Source: Podarcis filfolensis (Eukaryota). From it: a stretch of DNA of 64,000 bases. The DNA lies in NCBI GenBank assembly GCA_964270895.1, contig OZ185436.1. One strand, given 5' to 3'. Numbering within the stretch: position 1 is the stretch's first letter; each line of letters opens with the position of its first letter. Positions 26,530 to 36,827 of the stretch are shown piece by piece. The notes beneath the pieces were generated by a model, which made no database searches, was not told the origin of the DNA, and worked only from the letters and a program-made list of their open reading frames with translations. The position numbers were made by a program, and so were the translations under genes.

Positions 26530-27945
26530 CACTATTACATCAAACTTTTCACAAGGGCCAACATTGATGCCGAAATCCAGCATCGCCTGAGCTCTGCGAG
26601 TGCAGCTTTCTCCCGATTGAAGAGTGCAGAGTGTTGAGGACCGGGACATTTGCAGGGAAATCAAAATGCTTATTTACAAAGCTATTGTACTACCAACCTT
26701 GCTGTAAACTTGTGAAACATGGACCACTTATAAATGTCATCTCCAACTCCTTGAAAGATTCCATCAACGGTGTCTCCAAAAAATTTTACGCATCACTTGG
26801 GAAGAAAGGCGAACTAATATCAGTGTACTGGAAAAAGCAAAGATCACCAGTGTTGAAGAAATGATTCTTCAAGACACAAGATTTACCCACCCTGGAAGAG
26901 TGGCAGATGAAGGTGATGGACTATATGGAATTGGCGGAAATGACTGGCAGAATCCGAGATCTGGGAGAAGAGTTGGTGGAAGAAGATTGGAAGAAATTTA
27001 AAGACTATTTGCAGAAACACTGTAAAATTAATGAATGTTAAAATGATGTTGGATTAAAAATAAGTGGTATTAGCAACAAAGTTAATAAGAATATGCAAAA
27101 ATGGATTGATAATGGATGAAAATATAGAGTTATAATATGCTAAGATATAGAGTTAAGATAAAGGAAAGAGGGAAAGGATTTGCTGATTTGATTATGTAAA
27201 TGGGAACACAAAAAGGGGAGGTGCGAGGAGGTCAAGGAAACAAGCTAATGAGTTCAAAGATACAAAAAATGGATTGGTTTTTAATTTTTTCTTACTTATT
27301 TGTTTTTTGTACTTTGTATGTTTATTTTTCCTTTTTCTTTTTTCTATTTTATGTACTTTTGTATGTTTTCTTTTTATTTATCTCTTTTTATATGTTTTCT
27401 TTCTATTTTGTAAACCTTTGTTTTTTGTAAAATCTCAATAAATATTTAAAAAAAGAAAAAAAAGAAATGATTCTTCAACATCAACTTCGTTGGACTGGTC
27501 ATGTTGTGCGGCTGTCTGATGATCGTCTTCCATAGCAACTACTCTATTACAAACTTAAAAATGGAAAACGTAATGCTGCTGGTCAACAATAGAAGTTTAA
27601 AGACTGTCTCAAGGCAAATCTTTAAAAATGTAGTATAAACACTGACAACTGGGAAACACTGGCCTGTGAGCGCTCCAGTTGGAGAACAGCCTTTACCAAA
27701 GGTGTCATGGGTTTTGAAGACACTCAAACTCAGGACGCAAGGGAGAAACGTGCTAAGAGGAAGGCATGCTTGGCAAATCCACACCGTGATCAACTCCCGC
27801 CCGGAAACCAATGTCCCCACTGTGGAAGGACGTGTGGATCCAAAATTGGCCTCCACAGTCACTTACGGACTCACTGTTAAAACCATGTTTATGGAAGACA
27901 ATCTTACTCGGCTATGAGTGATCACCAAAGAAGAAAGAAGAAGAT
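26530..27945 (+). mobile_element. RTE-clade LINE 3' portion (degraded), interrupted by L1
   Basis: Degenerate ORF QLRWTGHVVRL...CPHCGRTCGSKIGLHSHLRTH (RTE C-terminal zinc finger) with stops and frameshifts; (GAA)n tail. Confidence 0.85.
26873..27461 (+). mobile_element. 5'-truncated L1 inserted in the RTE LINE
   Basis: TQDLPTLEEWQMKVMDYMELAEMTGRIRD...; poly(A); 17-bp TSD aagaaatgattcttcaa at 26856-26872 and 27462-27478. Confidence 0.92.
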
Positions 27946-28301
27946 TATATCAAACAGTAACCTAACCTTCCTATATAAATGTAGGGCTTCCTGTAACAGG
28001 CCAGTTTTACAGTACACTAACATGAATGGGATGTGAAGACCCCAGGCAACCTGGCAGTCATTTTGGTAATTTTGAACACTTTGCACATGTTGCTAGAAAG
28101 CAGAAGGAAGTTCTCTCTCTGAATTTAGTTCTACCGTATCCGTATTATATACTGTCATTGCCTTCCACCATCAGGAATGAGTACGAATAGGAAGCTAGTA
28201 TTTAGATGGTACAACATGTGGTGTGGGCTGGAAACTGAGACAGTTTACCTGTCTGACAGTGTAATGTTGTGTTGTGATATTTGTACAATTTTGCCTTACA
28301 G

Positions 28302-28487
28302 CCCTGCTCCTCTAGAATTGTTAACCCCAAAGCTCCATCGACCAGCTCACAGTGATGAGATTGACCTGAATGATACTTTTGATGTACAGACACCAAAGAA
28401 TGATACCTTTGATGTACAGACACCAAAGCATCCACCTCACAAGAGCATCTCTGCTCCTGCAAAAAAACTTAAACTGGATAAAAAGTT
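28302..28487 (+). CDS. TRAIP: TRAIP coding exon 11 (PAPLELLTPKLHRPAHSDEIDLNDTFDVQTPKNDTFDVQTPKHPPHKSISAPAKKLKLDKK)
   Basis: 186 nt; ttacag| and TT|gtgagt; phase 2 to 2; contains the DLNxTFDVxTP motif, duplicated. Confidence 0.93.
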
Positions 28488-29115
28488 GTGAGTCACAGTT
28501 GCTTCCCTTTTTACTGGGTGTATGTGTGCTCTTGATCTGTCTGGTATTCTCACTTCTGCATGCACTGTAAGCAATTTTCCAGCCATCTTAATTCTTTTAA
28601 TTTGTATACTGCCTTTCTATATTACTATACAGAAGGCGGTTTACAAGCTGAAGAAATAACAAATTGTACAACAAAGATCACATTTTGTTCTCATGGCTTT
28701 TGATGGAAATATCTCATTTTAAAGCTTTTGTTCACTGCTGAAGACTGTCACAACATATCTTACCTGTTGTGAGAGTAAAGTGAGACTTTGCCCCCAAAGT
28801 TGCCTATCTTATTGTCCATTATCTTTCTCAAATATCTAATTAAGAAGTCTCAATAACTAGGTGCTACTCTAACAGGGTAATTCCTAACCTGCATCCTTGC
28901 AATCTAAGACAGACAGAACTGCTTCAGGAAGAGGAAGGGAGAGCACAAACCCAAGCTACATAATTTGCGTAATAAGGAAACTTTAGTTTGTAGATTTCTT
29001 AAATAAGCACCCCTCATTTGTGTTACTTCTAACAAGTGCTTTATCTCTGCTCCCGTTGAATCCTAGAGATAATGAAGAATGACTTTCCTACTTGTATAAA
29101 GACTTTGGGGTAGGG

Positions 29116-31029
29116 TAGGGGTGGGAACCTCAGGTGCAGGGGCCAAATGTGGCTCTCCAAGCCTCTCTCTGGCTCTTGGGACTCTCCTCAGCCACACACC
29201 CTCACCAGACCTGCTTCACATCCTCCTTGTGCGATTCTGCCTGGCTGGAATGTGCCCTTGCACTCTGATAATGCCTCTTGCTTTTGTCTGGATGGAAGAT
29301 AAGAGAAGGATATATACAAACTAGTGTAGTGTACAAAGGTAATAATTACATTTGTTTTTGTTTTTTTAAGAAATATTTATTAAGATTTTACAAAGACAAA
29401 TATACAAAAACGCATAATAAAAAAGTAAAAAAAAATAAGTAAACATACAGAAAAAATAAGAAAAATTAAAAACAATTATTTTTCATAACTTAAAACTCGT
29501 TTGCTTGTTTCTTTGACTTCCTCACACCTCCCCTTCTTGTATTCCCATTTAAATAATCAAATCAGCAAATCCTTACCCTCTTTCAATTATCTTATCTCTA
29601 TAACTTAACATTTTATAACTCAGTATTTTCATCCATTATCAATTCATTTTTGCATATTCTTATTAACTTTGTTGCTAATACCACTTATTTCCAATCCAAC
29701 ACCATTTTAGTTATTGTTTTACCTATTTCTACCCTTCTTCCATATTCTTAAAGCATTACAGCTGGAAACCACTTAATTTCTATCCAACATCATTCTAACA
29801 TTCATTAATTTTACAATATTTCTGTAGATAGTCTTTAAATTTCTTCCAATCTTCTTCCACCGTCTTTTCTCCCTGGTCTCGGATTCTGCCAGTCATTTCT
29901 GCCAATCCCATATAATCCATCACCTTCATCTGCCATTCTTCCAAAGTGGGTAAATCTTGTGTCTTCCAATACTTTGCAATAAGTATTCTTGCTGCTGTTG
30001 TAGCATACATAAAAAAAGTTCTGTCCTTCTTTGGCACCATTTGGCCGACAATGCCCAGAAGGAAGGCCTCTGGTTTCTTCAGGAAGGTATATTTAAATAC
30101 CTTTTTCATTTCATTATAGATCATTTCCCAGAAAGCCTTAATCTTTGGGCACGTCCACCAAAGGTGAAAGAATGTACCTTCATTTTCTTTACATTTCCAA
30201 CATTTATTATCGGGCAAATGATAGATTTTTGCAAGCTTGACTGGTGTCATGTACCACCTGTAAATCATTTTCATAATATTCTCTCTTAAGGCATTACATG
30301 CCGTAAATTTCATACCGGTGGTCCACAACTGTTCCCAGTCAGCAAACATAATGTTATGTCCAACATCTTGTGCCCATTTAATCATAGCAGATTTCACCAT
30401 TTCATCCTGTGTATTCCATTTCAACAGCAAGTTATACATCCTTGACAAAATTTTAGTTTTGGGTTCTAGCAGTTCTGTTTCTAATTTTGATTTTTCCACC
30501 TGGAAACCAATTTTCTTGTCCAAATTATATGCCTCCATTATCTGATAGTAATGAAGCCAATCTCGCACTTTGTTTTTTAGTTTCTCAAAACTCTGCAGTT
30601 TCAGTCTATCTCCCTCTTGTTCCAAAATTTCCCAATATTTTGGCCATTTGGCCTCCATATTGAGCTTTTTCTGGGCTTTTGCTTCCATTGGTGACAGCCA
30701 CCTTGGGGTTTTATTTTCCAATAAATCCTTATATCTTATCCAAACATTGAACAAAGCTTTCCTGACAATATGGTTCTTAAATGCTTTATGTGCTTTAACC
30801 TTGTCGTACCACAAGTATGCATGCCACCCGAAGACATTGTTAAAACCTTCTAAATCCAAAATGTCTGTGTTCTCAAGAAGCAGCCAGTTTTTCAACCAGC
30901 AGAATGCTGCTGATTCATAGAATAATTACATTTGTTACTTTGCCCACTTTTTCTGGCCCCACCCACCACTGGCATGGTGGCCCCTAGAAAGAATACGGCC
31001 GTCTGGCTGAAAAAGGTTCCCCATCCCTG
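29116..31029. mobile_element. hAT-type non-autonomous element interrupted by L1
   Basis: Ends taggggtgggaacct and aggttccccatccctg; the 8-bp flanks match only partly (..taggg). Confidence 0.6.
29357..30920 (-). mobile_element. Young 5'-truncated L1; uninterrupted ORF2 C-terminus (29795-30895, 366 aa) with CCHC zinc knuckle
   Basis: CWKCKENEGTFFHLWWTC motif; 3'UTR and poly(A); 16-bp TSD aataattacatttgtt at 29341-29356 and 30921-30936. Confidence 0.95.
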
Positions 31030-31435
31030 AGTTAGGGCTTCAGCGAAATGATAACAATGGCAGCGAGGCAAAAGTAATGAAAGATCTACCACGTTTGCCT
31101 GTTGATCAGACCAGAGGCTTTTATCTTAGTGGTCAGAACAAAGAGAAGGGAGGAGAAGAGAACATTATAGTTGCATTTTATTATTATTTTAATTGAGACA
31201 TAAGAAGCCTATACTTTTGTAGTATGACCACTGCTAACAGCTGCTGGAGTCATAGTCCATAGGGTACCAGGTTGGCAAAGCCTGTTTTAGGTGTTGGCTT
31301 ATGATCTGGGCCACATTGTGAAAATTCATGTATGAATTCAAACTGGTGCCTCCAACTCTAAAGGGATATATTGAGCAATTTACTACTTTGTGGTGCGTAA
31401 TCTAAATTGTGTGTCGGTTTGTTTGTTTTTTCCAG

Positions 31436-31481
31436 TGCACCTGTGACAAGTTTATCAAGAGTTCTGAAAGAAACAGTGGAG
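31436..31481 (+). CDS. TRAIP: TRAIP coding exon 12 (APVTSLSRVLKETVE)
   Basis: 46 nt; ttttccag| and GAG|gtattg; supplies the required phase 2 to 0; the sequence itself is divergent. Confidence 0.75.
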
Positions 31482-31898
31482 GTATTGTAACGGATGACCT
31501 GAGTAGCAACTATAACCTCTTCAATCCACTATCTTTAGAGCTATTTTGAAAGCCATCTTTTCTCCAGACAGCCAAATTCTGCATGGATTTTAAAATAATA
31601 CATTTTTATGTGTTATAGAAAATAGTAAATATTACAGGTAACCCTGAGAGGTGTGCGAGTCAGCTTCCCACTGCTATGTATTCTGAATTATCTGGAGCAG
31701 GGTGCCCGTACTGTTGTCATCTGTTGATCTATCAGCTGGCACCAGAGCCCAGTGACTTTCGAACTTCCATTCCTCTCTAAGAATGTTTTAAAAATCTGCT
31801 TTTGCAGAAATGGCCATTTCCTTTCGCACAATACTGTAATGGATTACATGGATTCTAGCAGTGCTGCTTGTGTTTGGTTGCAAATATGAGTATTTTAG

Positions 31899-32057
31899 TT
31901 TAACTCTCCTACTTCTTCAAATACGGTTCAGAGCTGCTCAGCTGACACAGATGATGAGCATCTGGAAGATCTTCTGCCTGCTTTCATTAGAAACTCTGTT
32001 ATGTCCAAGAGGCCACCTGCAAGCAACATGCTTGTACCACAGAGGAACACAGGAATA
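31899..32057 (+). CDS. TRAIP: TRAIP coding exon 13 (FNSPTSSNTVQSCSADTDDEHLEDLLPAFIRNSVMSKRPPASNMLVPQRNTGI)
   Basis: 159 nt; ttttag| and |gtgagt. An alternative in-frame acceptor starts at 31932. The LPAFIRNS motif resembles mammalian FPIFVRNA. Confidence 0.82.
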
Positions 32058-32394
32058 GTGAGTACAAGTGGGATGCGCATCAGAGTTTTGCAGTGTGGAG
32101 TGTTCCTGCTTAATCTGCCAACCAGCAGCCAGCAAAACCCTGTTCCTGGACATGCCTTCTCATGTCCTCGTCTACAAATCTTACAAATTCAATATGCTCT
32201 GTGCTTTTTATTGCTGGTGGACCTGCTTAAACACCTGATCATGGAGCACATACCTAGCATATTCTGATCACCAAATCCTCTAGTGTGTTATGTGCCCTTT
32301 TACCCACTACAATCCTTTTTCTATTTCATAACAACTTCCTCCATGGGAGTCATATGCTTTTGCATTTTTAACTACTGGATTCTCTTCCTTGTAG

Positions 32395-32445
32395 GTGAGA
32401 ACTGGGTATGATGGCTTAGGAGGCAGAACCAAATTCATTCAGCCT
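32395..32445 (+). CDS. TRAIP: TRAIP coding exon 14 (VRTGYDGLGGRTKFIQP)
   Basis: 51 nt; ttgtag| and |GTATCCTTTCC (U12 donor); near-identical to the mammalian peptide. Confidence 0.97.
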
Positions 32446-33670
32446 GTATCCTTTCCTAAGATCTGTCCTGCAGAAGCTATGCTGATATCCAGCAGCACTG
32501 AATCTATGGTGATCAATGACACAAAAGACTAAGAAGAAACAGTGGCATTTACTAAGCCATCAAGCAATGTTCCAGTTGGAACAATGACATTCTGGCTTAA
32601 ATTCAAAGTGAGGAGAAGCTGAAATAATGGAATATATTTGGGGAATATATCCCTCTAAAATCAATCCGAATATACATTGTATGTATTCTTGGCTACAGTG
32701 TTCTACATTTACAGTCGTAACTTTGTTTTTCAAATAGCCTAGTTCTCAAACGTTTTGGCTCCTGGACGATTGAAACCCGGAAGTGACTGTTCTGGTTTTC
32801 AAATGTTCTTTTGGAAGCCAAACGTCCGACAGGGCTTCTGTGGCTTCCGATTGGCTGCAGGAGCTTCCTGCAGCCAATCAGAAACTGTGCTTTGGAAGTC
32901 GAATGCTTTGGCGGTCAAACGGACTTCCTGAACAGATTCCATTCAACTTCCAAGGTACGACGGTACTGGGAAAAGAAGTGGCCCCAGGAAACCTGGATCA
33001 GGATCTTGGTCAAATCCCACTTGTGAATCTATGGCTGAGTTTACTTCTGCTGTAGAGATCAAAGAAATGCACTGTTTAAATTATGTAAATATATACACTT
33101 TCGTTCCCTGAAAACTGGAAAACCTATATAAGTTGGTTCTTGTTCCAGTTTTTGCCGGTGGTAAAGTATTTCAAGACACATTTTGCAGCAAATGCTACAT
33201 TTTTCAGAGAATACCATGAACGTTTCTAGATCCATTGGTGTTTCTAGCATATCTGTGTTCACATTCAGCTTAATGTTCCTTTCCCTCCGCTTGTGCAGAG
33301 TTAAGAGGTCAGTAATCCAATATTTGTCATCAAAAGCCTGTTTGTAATGAGCTGTTGATGGTTATTGTTTTGAAGCTTATGTAGCAGTAAAACACTGCTA
33401 GGAGAGGGATCTGTCTGCTACCATCTCTTGGTCAGCCTTTGACTGGGTGATGGGAATAAAAACGTTTGACTCCATGATCAGCTAAAACATGACCTTTCCT
33501 CTCTCACTTGGGAGTTTGGGGAAAAAATGACCCTGAAGGAGGGACTCAGGGGGAGAGAAAATAATTTAGCCCCCAGATATAATGATTTATACATGTCAGA
33601 TATGTATGGGAATGTAAAACCTTTCTTTTAAATATTTGGCCACTATTTTCCTTGACGTGTCTCATTTCAG
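32446..33670 (+). other. U12-type (minor spliceosome) GT-AG intron, last intron of TRAIP
   Basis: 5' site GTATCCTTT; branch site TTTTCCTTGAC with A33655 15 nt from the 3' AG; no long polypyrimidine tract. Confidence 0.93.
32712..32963. mobile_element. Tc1/mariner MITE, family B, inside the U12 intron
   Basis: TA-CAGTCGTA...GGTACGACGG-TA; internal palindrome attggctgcagga-gct-tcctgcagccaat. Confidence 0.75.
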
Positions 33671-33790
33671 AGTATATCAACCGAGATTCGCCCCCTGCCT
33701 TTGAGGTGCAAGAAAAGAAGTGTTTCTAAGCAACCAACAGCAGCCGCTTCTGGCATCAGTCAGACTAAACTAGACAACTTCCTTAAGTAA
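33671..33790 (+). CDS. TRAIP: TRAIP coding exon 15 (SISTEIRPLPLRCKKRSVSKQPTAAASGISQTKLDNFLK*), PIP box at 33761-33784
   Basis: U12 branch point TTTTCCTTGAC at 33646-33656, then tttcag|. Contains IRPLP and a QxxLxxFL PIP box; stop TAA at 33788-33790. Confidence 0.95.
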   Translation, partial: SISTEIRPLPLRCKKRSVSKQPTAAASGISQTKLDNFLK

Positions 33791-35281
33791 CTATGGATCT
33801 CTCTAGCTTAGACATAGATAATCAGAGGCCAGGAATTATCTTCTACAGCAGACAGAACAGCATGGACCTCAGTGAGCCAGGACAACTCCACAGTGGCACA
33901 GCAGCTGCGCTCTCCCTGGCTTTTGTTCATCTGACTCTCCCATCCCCCACCGATTGAACATGGCTTTGCTGTGCTACCAGACTTAAGGGGAGAAAAGGAC
34001 TGAGTAGTTTCTGTTCCAGAATGCCTTCTCTTTCTGCTGTCTTGGAGTACTGTATTTTAATCCTGGTAAGCCAAGGAAGCCTTGGCTCCTGTAACTTTGA
34101 CAGTGGGGAATACTGCATCTGAAGAAAATATGGCTTGAGAAGTGTCTCCTCAGTAAAATGCTGCTATGTTAGCATCTGTGACATGGAAATCTTCATATAA
34201 GAAGAGAATTATTATTTGCAACTGTCAAGTTGCATTGATGTCTTGAGTGATTGGATGGCATACACAAGAAAAGAATTTATGTAATTGATCTTCTAACATC
34301 AGGGAGCAAGGTCATGTCTTTGCCAGACATGTCTGCTAGATCTGTTAGCTCTTGATCCTCATCTTTGGTGGCAGTACTTAATGCTCAGTTAATGCTGAAT
34401 TTCTCCATTCTTCTCACTGATTTGGGATATTCCCACCCCCCCCCCTTTTAGGCTGATACTTTTTTGGGAACTGTTTACATGTTTTTTGTCTCAAAGAATG
34501 TCCTGCTTCTGAAGTTGAACAGATTCTGTTGTTTTTATGTAATCATGCAAAATTGATAGCCTGTCCCTAAGCCTGCAGATATTAATGTTTCTTACTTGAA
34601 CACCCATTTCCTCAATCTCTTACATGCCTAAAGTGTTCAAACTAATTTCAAGCATTCTGTAGCTTCACAAAAGCAAATGTTGCCTCACATATCTGGCATT
34701 CAGTTGTCACCTTTTTCTCCTTGAGTTAACAGTGTACTGTGTTTGAGAGATGAATATTTTTGGAGGGAACTTGCAATATTTAGATCTGTATCTTACTTTG
34801 ATTTTTGTCCTAGACATTTCTCCTCTCCCCCCCCCCACAAACTGTTGATGCTATTTGTCTCCGAATTTTTTGTTTCCTGCCTTCAAGGAGGGTTTTATAG
34901 AGCATATGGGTATTGTTCTTCCAGAGTTAGACTTCTGATTTCCTGATGGAATAGCAAAATTCAACTATTGTTTGTGGTTACTGCTGAGTCTAGGCTTAAA
35001 GTGGGTTTGCCCCCAAAGTTTTAAGGATTCAATCCATAAAATGGGGATTAAAAATATTGCTTATCTGAAGCAAATGTCCACTTGTTTCCTTAAAGAGATT
35101 CAGGCAGAAGGGACCTTCTGAGTTGGCGTTACCCTGATGTTTTGAGTTGCAGGGAAATCTGGTAAAAAGCTTTTGCTGAATATCTCCACTTTAACGCCAA
35201 AGTTAAGTTGCAAGCTTACCCAAGACATAAATCAATCAATGAATGAACTTGTACTTAAAATTCATAATTGTATTTATTTTG

Positions 35282-35287
35282 AATAAA
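35282..35287 (+). terminator. Probable TRAIP poly(A) signal (3'UTR about 1.5 kb)
   Basis: AATAAA in a U-rich context (ttgtatttattttgAATAAA); the first one I found after the stop codon. Confidence 0.55.
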
Positions 35288-36601
35288 TGCTGTATGTGCC
35301 CCATCTGTTAAAATGTTACACAGTATTAAGAATGATCACTCTGTTGCTGCAGTAAGAGGCTATAATGGCACAAATTGCTAACTGTACATCTGGGAGGGAG
35401 GGTCAAAGCCCCTCCAGGCGAGGATTCTAGATATGATAAAACCAGAATGTTTGGGTATAACATAAGGACAGCCTTGCTGAATCAGAACAAAAGTCTACCT
35501 AGTTTAGTGTTCTGCTTGCAAGTAGCCAACCAGATAGATGCCCACGTAAATCCTTCAAACAGGACATGAGGGCAAGCAACCTTTCCAGCTGTTGTTCCTC
35601 AGTGACTTATACTGATGCTCCTTGTTGATCCTGGAGGTAGAATATAGCCATTATTACTGATACCCATACTGGAATTATCTGCATTCTTTTTCTACTGATG
35701 TCACTGCTTAGTTTCCCACCTCCAACTCAGGATAGCCATGTATCTGATGAAGTGGGCTGTAGTCCAACTAAACCTTAAGCTATGATAATGCTTTATTTTT
35801 AAAGTGTCACAATACTCCTTTTTTTTCTTTTTTCCTATGTCCCTTGGAAGCAATTCCTACTTATCACAGGCCCACAAGTGAATTACTGTTTGTTATCATT
35901 GATACTGTTTATTTTATCCTGCCCTCCCTTAAAGGAGTTCAGGGCAGCATACACAGAAATGGTGCTGTGTCACTCTCAACATCCCATCCTGATGTATGTT
36001 GGGTTGAGTTACAGTGATTGGCTCAAGGACATCAAGTGATCTTCATGGCTGAACAGGGATTTTAAGCTGCTACTTCCCAGTTTTAAGTAAGCAGTGGAAA
36101 TATCTATGCACCATGAAGCAGAAAGACAATTGATAAATAGCCCTCAAGGACAGTGTGAGTATCTTGAAGAATGTCTTAAATTTTAGTTGATCCCATGTAT
36201 TTTCCCTAAAGGGGAAGGGTGATCAGCAAAGCATAAATCTGTGGCTTCAGAAATTGTTGGTATGACCTTAAGAATTCTGAGTTTCCATACCTGACCCACA
36301 AATTCTAAGTTTCCCTCCAGGTTGTCAATATTTTGTTGGAGCGATTCAATTATATAACAGCAAACTTTTTTTAAAAAATCAGGGGTCTTCCAGTAAGGAA
36401 AATGCACCAGAAAGTGTGGGATGGTGACTGATGCATGAGAATAATCTGATTACATTGTAGATTATAAAGTAAGAGTCAATATTTATCATTTCCACACCTC
36501 CAAAAGCTTCCTGAAACATTCATGTTCTAGTTCTGTTTGCTTTATACAATAACAGTTCAGAACTGTTTAAGGAAATTTGTAGCCACTTCCTCTTACTAAT
36601 A

Positions 36602-36827
36602 CAGTGGTATCTCAGGTTACATATGCTTCAGGTTATAGACTCCGCTAACCCAGAAATATTACCTCGGATTAAGAACTTTGCTTCAGAATGAGAACAGAAA
36701 TTGTGCTCCGGCGGCGCGGCAGCAGCAGGAGGCCCCATTAGCTAAAGTGATGCTTCAGGTTAAGAACAGTTTCAGGTTAAGAACGGACCTCCGGAACAAA
36801 TTAAGTACTTAACCTGAGGTACCACTG
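36602..36827 (+). mobile_element. Family A MITE
   Basis: TIRs and TA TSD. Confidence 0.9.

Larger units (their letters stand above)
7787..33790 (+). other. TRAIP: TRAIP gene span, ATG to stop (15 coding exons, 1446 nt CDS, 481 aa E3 ubiquitin ligase: RING, coiled coil, C-terminal PIP box)
   Basis: Exons assembled by hand have AG/GT boundaries and compatible phases throughout. The translation resembles vertebrate TRAIP from MPIRAHCTICSDFF to QTKLDNFLK*. Confidence 0.97.

Noticed and set aside
32391-32400. AG|GTGAGA at the start of exon 14, resembling a recursive splice site
   Set aside because: Explained by the conserved Val-Arg codons in a short intron; recursive splicing is unlikely.
36183-36407. 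Minus-strand ORF with a CAG|gtatgg donor (…NIDNLEGNLEFVGQ)
   Set aside because: No convincing acceptor and no recognisable homology.
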